From: Tubiluchus corallicola
Lineage: Eukaryota > Animalia > Priapulida
Assembly (NCBI GenBank): GCA_030141605.1
Contig: JAQGDQ010000084.1
Span: forward strand, 1-64,000
Direction of reading: 5' to 3'
DNA: 64,000 nt
The notes under the pieces were generated by a model. It worked only from the letters and a program-made list of their open reading frames with translations, searched no databases and had not been told where the DNA came from. The position numbers and the translations under genes are program-made. Below, piece by piece: positions 54,105 through 64,000 of this stretch. How positions within the stretch are numbered: the stretch's first letter is position 1; every line of letters begins with the position of its first letter.

Positions 54105-57100
54105 GTAATTTTCAGTAATGTGTGTAAATGGTTTCTTAATTACCAAACAATTTGAAACTGGACTGCTGTTTATGATTAATTCATAAGCTTAAGATTTTGC
54201 AATACGACCACGAATGCGAGTGCTGACTTAATCTTTATGTGAAGATCATAATGTTGCCATTGCTGGATTCACCATGCTTGAATACGTAAGAATTGTTATT
54301 CATTTCAATGAAATCGCAAATTTTGACATTTTGACCCTGGGTCAGGGGTCAACCTGAACCTTTCTGTTTGTCTTGTCGAGATCTTTCATTTGATGTACTA
54401 CAAGCTGTTTTTGCAATTGAAAAATGCCCGTGCCCGAACACCCAGTTTCAGTTTTTGGCCTTAGCAAAAAATTTTTGCAATCCAAATTACCCATATTTAT
54501 CCACATGCAAGAAGCTAAAGCCACCTAACCACATTCCAGAAATTGTGGCCCTAATTCAAAAAGTAATTGTCCATGCTTGCCTGCTATTAGTCATTAAGGT
54601 TCTATTATTTAGACTTTCCTGACTGTCTGACCTGCTTTTCTATTAACTCACTTGCTATATCATCAAATAATGATCAGTGGTGAGCATAGAATGTTCGAAT
54701 TCAATTCGAACAAGTCTTTTTAGTTCGAATTTGGTTCGAGCACAAAATTATAGATTTGAATAATTCAGCATTTTCAGCTACATACATTCTTTAGCATTAA
54801 AACGTTCGAAACATCATGAAATCAACACAATTTATCTGTGATTTCAGTTCACAATTTTTAAACAAATTATTAGTGTTTTACTGCTGAACAAAATCAAGTA
54901 ATATGCATGGTCTTTGTGAGACTGGTTTTTATTATTTGAAAATCTATTAGAAAACCCATAAAACTGGATTCGATTAGGATTCGGGATCTCGAAATTCGGT
55001 TTAATTCAAGTTTGAAAGTCACAAATGCGATTCGAATTCAATTTCCGGTAGAGAATGTTCACCCCTAAGAATGATAACATTGTGCTGTACTTTTGTACAT
55101 TGGTGGATTAAGGGAGTGGGCCCAAGGGACCTGGGCCCACCCTTTCACAGTAGCAGTTATAGCACACCAAGTGAATATCTTCTCTCAATTATAAGCGTTA
55201 GAACATTCAGTGGTAGATTTTTATGACTTATATTGAGTAAAAAGTTCTGCATTAATGATTTTAGTGTAAAAACGTTTGTGCCCTTTAAGTGATAAGTGAA
55301 GTTTTCGGCAAAGATATTGCTGTGCTCAATTATATGCTATACTAGTGTGTATACTAGTATACTGGTGTGTAATTAAGAGTCAAACGTTTGAGATGACATA
55401 ATGAGTTTTAAACTATTGAATTTGCTTAAGGAAATAGTAAGAAAAGTGGTCTAAAATGACTGCAGCAGTCCCACAGTCCTGGTACGGATTATGCAAAACA
55501 AGGCATCATTGATAAATCTTTAGAGCTGATGTCAACATAGCACAATCTACTATCTTTCTTCCTACCATTTCCACTAACACATTTTTCTACCCTTCCTGTG
55601 TGATCTAACCTTTCTCCTAGTTCTTTTTTTGTTCACTCATCCATTCCTTTTTTTATCTGGTTCACATGACAGTGGGCTTATACAAGCCTTTGCTTCTCTA
55701 GCCCCACTGCAGTACAATTATTCTTTTATGATAACGATAGTGTATGAAACTTAATAATTTAATAAATTAACAATTTTGATGTCACCATGTATCGAATGTC
55801 TCTATATTGTACTGAATGTGATAATAATAAAACTAAACTAAACTAAAAATGAAATAAAATGCATTGGTAGCCGGGGTTACCCAGACCCCCTAGCAGCTTT
55901 TTCGTTGGGCTCACCCTTTTTCTAAAGTCTGTATCCGCCGTTGTTGTACATATGATTTAGCCGGCCACTGATGAGCTCGTAAGTTTTGCAAAACAAATAC
56001 TGCACCTTGAAACTAGATGTGTGTTTTTAATTTTTTCTTGCAGCACCCCCTACTGGAAGTTATAGAAATTACAGTGCCAGAAGCCGAAAAAAGAACGTCA
56101 ACCACGACTCTTTCTATGAAAGACACATATGTAGTCTATCTTGTACAAACTCGGTAAAATTATTCTACTTATCTTTTTAAGTACAGATATTGAAGGTGTG
56201 GCTTCATTAATCTGTGTTGTAGATTATACTGTGGAGTAATAGAAAAATCTTTTCAAACCGACCAAAATTAAACCTTTTTAACGGGGCTTCAGGATAACCA
56301 TAACAAACAAAATGCTGCCACTTGTTGCACACTAAAACAATTACGAGACACGGGAAATGATTGCACGAAATATCCGTAACTAAATATATTGTTGCAGAAG
56401 TATGTGCAAATTCACTACGAACTGCTGAACGCAAAAGTGACGTTTCCACGGTATCTTTGCAACTAGGTAAACAGCCCATGGGCACACTGTTGTTCTGGGC
56501 AGCGGTAGGCGATGGATTGTGTGCGTCGAATGTACTGTTGCCATCGAGACTGGGTCTTTCATTTTCCAATTGCCGTCTTCTGTATTCCTGCCTATGGTAA
56601 CTGGGCTGAAGATTTCGATTTCTGTATTTGATTGATATATGGTGTTAAATAAATGTATAAACTTTACTTTTTGTGTTATAATTTTTCCTATAATTTTAAC
56701 CAATTCATTTTAATGTCCTGTCATGAAATTTTATTCTATTCCAGGATGGATGTCATTTTCCATTGTGCCATGAAGCTTCAGTCTTGAAAATGAATGTCAT
56801 TTTTACAATTTTCATTGCGTACCATCTAGTGCTTGAGATGCTCATATTCATTTAAAGCCAATGTCCACTTGTAATTTAATAACAAATATTTATCGTTTAG
56901 TCTAGTATTGTATTTATATGTCGACAGCAAATCACAACGTGCATAGATTAGCATGAGCCTCTATGCTCGTGGGTCCCCCGGGCAACCGTCCAGCATGCTC
57001 ATGCGTTAAGACGACCCCAAATCTTGTGCATCATTATCAAAGCTTTGATTACTTTTGTCAGAATAATAAATGAGAACGAGGCGAAGAAATTTATGGATGG

Positions 57101-60100
57101 TCCCTGTTCACTATGGCGACGTTACAGCGAATTTGAATTGCTTCGTAACTACTTTTTGTTCAGATATCCTCATGTCATCGTTCCGCCTTTACCGGAAAAA
57201 ACTGTAAGCATCATGCTAACTGATAACTATTATATGAAATACCTTGTTGGCTAGTGTAATGTTACATTCCTAAATAGTTTCTTATAAAGTAGATCAGAGT
57301 TGTTTTGTATGAAGCTTATTATCAGATTGGAGGCTAAAATGACCATATTTTTCTGCACAAAATCTTAAAGTTATTGCATAATTGTGGCATATTATTATAA
57401 CCATGCACTTAATAAGTAACTATAACATGAAAAAGTGGCATTAATAATTGCAACATTAAATTTTTTAAAACACAGTAAATGTCGCTAATTTATGCAAGCT
57501 ATTATAACCATTCTTTTTTGAAATTATTGCTTTTTTCACGAAACTGTATCTACTAACTATGGTCAGCGCGCTTTTCAGAATACAATGAAACCAAAGTTCA
57601 TTTAATTCTCAGTGACTAGCAATAATTGTTTTAAATGTTTTCAGTGCATAATTTTTTAAATAGTTGGTTTTTTGTTTCTTATTTAGGTTACTGTGTTTTT
57701 CAGTATTACTGTATAAACCCTGAAGTAAATTGACTATAGGCATTTTTACTATCTTCGTTTTTTACACAAATTTATTTTGATTTTGTAGCCGACGTTCACG
57801 TGGCAAAAATCTCCGAATGACAAACTTCATCCAGATTTTATAGACAGAAGGAGAGCTGGACTTGAGGTAAGCAGCAAGTACAGTAGGCTCTTAGTAGACA
57901 ACAGACGAGCTGGACTTGAGGAAAGTAGCAAGTACAGTAGTCTCTTAATAGACAGAAGATGAGCTGGACTTGAGGTAGGCAGCAAGTACAGTAGGCGTAA
58001 TAGACAGCAAGATGAGCTGGACTTGAGGTAAGCAGCAAGTACAGTAGGCTCTTAATAGACAGAAGACGAGCCGGACTTGAGGTAAGCAGCAAGTACAGTA
58101 GGCTCTTAGTAGACAACAAGACGAGCTGGACTTGAGGTAAGCAGCAAGTACAGTAGGCTCTTAATCGACTGAAGACGAGCTGGACTTGAGGTAAGCAGCA
58201 AGTACAGTAGGCTCTTAATAGACAGCAAGACGAGCTGGACTTGAGGTAAGCAGCAAGTACAGTAGGCTCTTAATTGACAGAAGACGAGCTGTACTTGAGG
58301 TACGCAGCAAGTACAGTAGGCATAATAGACAGCAAGATGAGCTGGACTTGAGGTAAGCAGCAAGTACAGTAGGCTCTTAATAGACAGCAAGACAAGCTGG
58401 ACTTTTACTAAGCAGCAAGTACAGTAGGCTCTTAATAGACAGCAAGACGAGTTGGGCTTGAGGTAAGCAGCAAGTACAGTTGGCTCTTAATAGACAGCAA
58501 GACAAGCTGGACTTGAGGTAAGCAGCAAGTGCAGTAGGCTCTTAATAGACTGAAGACGAGCTGGACTTGAGGTAAGCAGCAAGTACAGTAGGCTCTTAAT
58601 AGACTGAAGACGAGCTGGACTTGAGGTAAGCAGCAAGTACAGTAGGCTCTTAATAGACTGAAGACGAGCTGGACTTGAGGTAAGCACCAAGTAAAGTAGG
58701 CTCTTAATTGACAGCAGACGAACTGGACTTGAGATAAGCAGCAAGTGTTTACATTTGAATTAGAATTTATTGCTAAATTTACCATGAGCATAGATGTTTG
58801 CTATGACAGTTTACACAGAAAGCATTAAATTAACACAAATTTTAGCACAGAAAACCTTAATATATAACTAGCTAAACCCCACAAAAAGAATTTTGCACAT
58901 AAACTCACAGCAACAACTCACACCATCCACAACACACCACAATACACCACTCCACAATCACATCACATGGTGATGATGAAATTGATGATGACAACAATGG
59001 CGACACCTACAACACTAACACCAACAGCAGAGCATTATAATGAAATCATGCAAAACATTTTGTATAAACTTGAAACTGTGTGCTATAGCAAATACTTTTA
59101 GACCCATCTACCAATGATCAATAATATGCAGTCATTCCTCATAGTTTTGTTAACTGCTTTTCGGGTGATAATAGGCTAACAGAACTTACTTATATGTACC
59201 ATCTATAACGCAGTAGAATGGCGGGTGAGAACAATGCCTGGAACAGCTGTGAAATAGCTCTAACTCAAAGACAATGGATGTTCCAATTAGTGTGCACAGG
59301 GGGTAGAAAAAGAACTTCAAAATACACCCCTCACATTTCATCCAGTATACATCTCTCCCAACAAAACCTTCAACATTTTGTAGACCGATTCTTCCTCTTT
59401 CTGTGTGTGTGCTTTTTCCCAGCTTGCCCATACGGTTGCACAAATTGAGTTTTTCTAGAGGCTGTTTGGGCAGTTTTCTGCAAAATTTGCGTGGTTGTGT
59501 CTGCGGGGGGGGGGGGGTAATGCCCATAGCAGGATGCCATGGCCCTCAGGTGAATTCTAAATATGCCTACTACACACACCCTTGAATGATCTCTCTCTCT
59601 CTCCCTTTCTCTCTCACTCACTCTCACTGTTTCTAGATTGAGACAAAGTGCAAAAAGGTTGAAATTCAGCATGTTGATGAGTAATACGTCATTGGCAGAT
59701 GTTAGTGCGATGATGTTATGATGATAATTAAGTCATGATAATATTTCCACAGCATGAATGTAGCCAAAATAAAAATAATTTAAAAATAAAATAACAGGCA
59801 CAATTGATTGCCATTTATATTATATAGTTTTATAGAGATGAGATGACACTTGTGAGTGTGTTGTTGTTGCTGTTATTGTTGTTGCTGTTGTTGTTGCTGT
59901 TGCTGTTGTTATTGTTGCTGTTGTTGTTGTTGCTACTGTTGTTATTGTTGCTGTTGTTATTGTTGTTGCTGTTGTTGTTGCTCTTGTTGTTGCTGTTGTT
60001 ATTGTTGTTGTTGTTATTGTTGTTGCTGTTGTTGTTGTTATTGTTGTTGCTGCTGTTGCTGTTGCTGCTGTTGCTATTATTATTATTTTTTTGTAGACAT

Positions 60101-63100
60101 TCCTACATCGAGTTGCGGCGCATCCGGAACTATCTACCGACCCGTTGTTCCTGGGATTACTCACTCAGGAGGAAGGATGGCAGGAATCAGTTAATGACAC
60201 TGGATTTCATTGTAGGGTACGTGGTAGTAATTTTCTTGCCTTCATAAATGTCAGAAAGATTTACTAAATTGCATTTACTTTAAAAACAACGTTTATTTTT
60301 TTCAGGTAGATACAAAGCTTAGAGCTGTTAACGTATTATTTGGAGCTCGGAAGCCAGATCAGTAAGTCCTTCTAGAATGAATCTCGGTTTGCCGGACCTT
60401 GCCCTACAATGTCTCCTTCTTTAGACATATGTACACTTACATTATCTTTAGAGGTCTTTTCTTTACTTCTGTTACATTTGGCATTTCGATGACTGGCATT
60501 TACCATTGTATGACTTGTTGATACAACATGTATTAAAGTCTTATTTCTTTTCTAGACGATTTGAAGATCTCAAGACTTATTGCAGTGATTTGGAGAGAAA
60601 TATTATTACCCTGTTGAAGATTCGAGCAGTAAGTGCATAATTGTGCAACAACTTTTTCATTCGTGCGTGAAGAAATTGCTACAATTATTTGTTGGAAGAG
60701 AAACCGAATCCAAATATGTAAATGGGCTAATTAGTGAATGGCTAATTAATTGCAGTCATTACAATGAACATAGTGTCTTCGCATGCCCTATGATGTATTA
60801 TAGTAAGGATGGAATGGAGTCATGTGGTGTAATGTAATATGTGAAAGGTAAACCGATTAGACTCGATCTTGTTTTAATTTACTGTCCGAAATATACATTT
60901 TTTTGCCTATAAAAGTTGGCAATTGTTTCTAATATTTGAATGATTACCTTGGAAAGTTAATTACCGGCGACTGAACGCTGCTATCGCTTATATCACAAAC
61001 TAATGGTACTTAGCGATCTTAATAATAGCAGTTATAATACTATTGCCAGTGTACAGTAGTAACCTGTTTCGAAAGCATTACATGACATTCTGCGAATATG
61101 ACTAGCATTTTTTTGTAATGTCCTATTAATTATTAGTAAGTTTAAGCAAAACTCACTGTTCAACACTATACGTTTTTATAAGCTTAACAAACAGGTCGAT
61201 AAATGTCACCACCAATGTGTCCTTGTCTCTGTACTTTGATTTCGCTGTTACATGTATTTCGTCATTCGCTAATTAGACTGGCACTAGTGCGTGCATAAAT
61301 TTCGGAAATGCACAGAACAAAAAACAGGTGCTGTACCCCTCAGTTCAGATGTGTTAGTTTCTGACGAACTATGCACATTCGACAGCTCATGCGTGAGCAC
61401 AGCCGTAAATTTGAAATTTGAATTTTTATCTAAAAACTTGCCTAGTTTTAATGCAACACATTGAATATCTTACAGTAGCACTGTAAGATATTTTCTCTTT
61501 CACAAACACGTCCAACACGCTCGTGGGATATCTTTGCTTTTGAAAATTATGTTAGTTTGTGATGTCATCAATAGTTGAGCTCGCCCGTCGTCAATTAAGT
61601 TTTTATAAACTATTATTTAATTATCAGAAATGTTTTTGCAGTATTAATTGTATTAAAATCTATACTTTTTATCGGACATGAAAATGGAGTAGTATATGAA
61701 AAATCACTGTGTCTTCGTTTGATTATACAAAACTAATAATAACTCGTATTTCCTTCTCAGAGCAAATAAACTTTACATCTTTGTCTGGTTCGATAAATGC
61801 ATCTGTAAGTGTCACCACACTTAGTGTGAGTACACACAGCAACATCTTGCCGCTTGAAATACCGTTCCTACCTATGTCCAAGTTGTCTTACGCCGTAAGT
61901 TGACAACCACCTGCATATGGAAAAAGAACATTCTGTGGTGATATGAGAGCATCTGTCTGGTAGACTTTCGCTGTGTATTTAAAAAATCAGTAAACTTACC
62001 AAATGTTATATTGTTTTTCGTCATCTTCACACTGTATTTTGCCGTGCAGAAAATGCTTGAGACTCTCTATGGAATTCATAACGTTCACACCAACCATGGT
62101 CTAGTGTTCAGCGAATGGAGTACGATTGAAAAAGATATGGGTGACGAATTGCAGGCGGCGGGACACCACATGGACATGTAAGAGTTAATTTAGATAGCAT
62201 AGCAACTTGACATTTTTATATTGCATCATGTTGAATGATATGTGCTTGCAAATCAAAGCCATCCATAAGTCAGCATGGTTAAAACTACGTTATGATGCTT
62301 CAAAGTCAAATGCACCAAAAATTTTGTCAATTTTGTTTTTTTATAAAAACAAACGCTAAACATTTTGGACTTATGTATACTAATATCAAATTATCAAGAA
62401 AATATTCAAAAAATACTAAAAATCTAATTTTATAACCCCATACCCACTTCTCTGGCTAGAAAGTAGTACTGCAATTGTAAAAGAAACTTGTATTTTCAAA
62501 CTGTGATAATAGCTCGTGGAAGCATCCATTTTGTTTCGGGTTTTTTCTGTTGACAAGCGCAGATCTTCGTCAGGAAGAGCCATCTACTGAATTAACTTCA
62601 ATGTGTTCGTGTAAAGTCCATAGCAACCAATATTTGTACAATCACTAAGTGTTTTGTAGAAACACAACAAAAAACAATGGCAAACTTCAACCGTGATTTT
62701 CTCAAGGTTGTGTTTTTCAGTGTGCAGCCTGCACCTCAACTTCAATGTGGATTATCTCAGCTTAGAAATAACATAGAGCGATGAACTTGGTATCAAAATG
62801 ATCCTCATGAAATGGATATTCAGGATATTTGAATAACTAGAAAATCTTAATTACTGACTCATGGATGATTTTGTTATGCAATATATCAGACTTTTATATT
62901 CTAGCATTAAATTATCAGGAAATGTCCAAAAATACGAAAACTCTAAATTTGTAACTGCTTACCCACTTTTCTGTCTAGAAACTAGCACTGCAATTGTAAA
63001 AAAACTGAAATTTCTAATTCCGATTGGAACTTGTAGAAGCAGCCATTTTGTTTCGGTTTTTTCTGTTGACAAAACTAGATCTTCACCAGGAAGAGCCCTC

Positions 63101-63626
63101 TACTGGATTTAAACATAACTTCAATTTACTCTTGTAAAATCTGTAGCAACCACACTTTCGTACAGTTGCTATGTGTTTTGTAGAGAACCACAAAAAAGCA
63201 ATGGCTGACTTTAACAACTTCAATGTGGATTATCTCGGCATAGAAATAACATAGAGTGATGAATTGATCACTCTATGGATGATTTTGTTATGCAAGCACA
63301 CATTTTACTAATTTTTATACAATTTTTAAAAACAGTTTTTTAAAAAACATCGTATTATAGCTTCCGTGACAGTTTTTGTGTAGCTTCATGTCACAATAAG
63401 TTCATACTTTCTGTAAAAAGTAAATTAAACTCGTCTTGTATTACGGTTTAGAATCCCTTTAAAACTTCGTAATTTTACATGTTAATCAATTCAGTATCAA
63501 ATATTCAGAGCTAACACACTACTTACTTGTGTTTAGGTATGCGGCGTACATTGATGCAGCACTTGAGGATGAAGAAGAGTTCGCTGATCACTTGAAAGAA
63601 TATCTTTATTATGCTGATGCTATTAG
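54018..63626 (+). CDS. SNX4: Sorting nexin 4 (PX-BAR); 9 coding exons in window, 3' end beyond window
   Basis: Spliced product includes IEITVPEAEKRT, LWRRYSEFELLRNY...PPLPEK, PDFIDRRRAGLETFLHRVAAHP, VFSEWSTIEKDMGDELQAAGHHMD and LEDEEEFADHLKEYLYYADA, matching SNX4. Confidence 0.95.
54675..55067. mobile_element. hAT-like MITE, TTCGAA-rich family, inverted copy
   Basis: CAGTGGTGAGCAT ... ATGTTCACCCCTA; TSD ATAATGAT/AGAATGAT (7 of 8). Confidence 0.82.
56044..56153 (+). CDS. SNX4: SNX4 exon 2 (HPLLEVIEITVPEAEKRT...YVVYLVQT)
   Basis: PX domain start. Confidence 0.92.
57062..57203 (+). CDS. SNX4: SNX4 exon 3 (...SLWRRYSEFELLRNYFLFRYPHVIVPPLPEKT)
   Basis: PX RRY motif and PPLPEK. Confidence 0.95.
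57789..57866 (+). CDS. SNX4: SNX4 exon 4 (PTFTWQKSPNDKLHPDFIDRRRAGLE)
   Basis: PX helix; TTGTAG| and GAG|GTAAGC. Confidence 0.92.
57839..58746. repeat. 53-55-bp minisatellite, 17 units, overlapping the SNX4 exon 4 donor
   Basis: TAGACAGAAGACGAGCTGGACTTGAG|GTAAGCAGCAAGTACAGTAGGCTCTTAA. Confidence 0.96.
59858..60086. repeat. (GTT/GCT/ATT)n microsatellite abutting the SNX4 exon 5 acceptor
   Basis: Direct inspection. Confidence 0.95.
60097..60216 (+). CDS. SNX4: SNX4 exon 5 (TFLHRVAAHPELSTDPLF...GFHCR)
   Basis: PX end. Confidence 0.92.
60306..60361 (+). CDS. SNX4: SNX4 exon 6 (VDTKLRAVNVLFGARKPD)
   Basis: TTCAG| and |GTAAGT. Confidence 0.88.
60556..60628 (+). CDS. SNX4: SNX4 exon 7 (RFEDLKTYCSDLERNIITLLKIRA)
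   Basis: BAR start. Confidence 0.9.
62050..62177 (+). CDS. SNX4: SNX4 exon 8 (KMLETLYGIH...FSEWSTIEKDMGDELQAAGHHMD)
   Basis: Conserved BAR segment. Confidence 0.94.
62275..63305. repeat. Family E repeat, two tandem copies in SNX4 intron 8
   Basis: Similarity to 37410-38035; internal duplication. Confidence 0.8.
63537..63626 (+). CDS. SNX4: SNX4 exon 9 (YAAYIDAALEDEEEFADHLKEYLYYADAI)
   Basis: Conserved BAR segment. Confidence 0.93.
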
Positions 63627-64000
63627 GTGATGGTTGTTTTTGCATGTATTTGCATTTTGTACAAGTGGTGCTGCATTCGTAATGTATTTGGCGACCCAGG
63701 TCATGATCAGTGACGCATTAACTGATCACAAGTATATATTTGCTAATAATTCTTACTGCAAAATCTATATAAGCTAACAGATAACCAACGAGAAGGAAGG
63801 TCCTATAAGAATTGCTAGGTAGAATCATTTTTATCCTGCATTCTTATCGTACAGTCACTCTCCGATATAAGGGACACTTCCGGACCGGAAAAAACCGTCA
63901 CTTGTATCCGATATCCCTTTTAGCCGCCTAAGTTGAGTCAGACTGAGGGTGTATCTAGACCTGTACTTTTCTGCATTTTTACCCATATTTTTATGGATTA

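Overview
AT-rich metazoan (invertebrate-like) genomic DNA with spliceosomal introns, not prokaryotic. The minus strand carries a large TopBP1 gene: 32 coding exons assembled by hand from 42427 down to 741, about 1254 codons, covering BRCT0-6 and the ATR-activation W-D-D motif, with the 3' end running off the window. Upstream on the same strand are two intronless ORFs, CRIPT (46202-46510) and TMEM170 (45705-46124), only 77 bp apart. The plus strand carries SNX4 (9 coding exons, 54018 to >63626). Introns hold many MITEs (hAT-like and Tc1/pogo-like), LINE fragments, and long micro- and minisatellites. Main observations: (1) minisatellites built from the host gene's own exon end plus 5' splice site occur in both TopBP1 and SNX4, and the copies next to the real donor have lost the GT; a third array repeats AG|GTGAGT recursive-splice-like motifs. 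(2) CRIPT lies between a candidate donor and acceptor whose splicing would join an upstream ORF in frame to TMEM170, suggesting a dicistronic, operon-like or intron-retention unit. (3) A LINE relic has a PHD-like/coiled-coil/tandem-CCCH ORF1. All exon coordinates were derived manually and gene names come from recalled similarity to human proteins; no searches were run.
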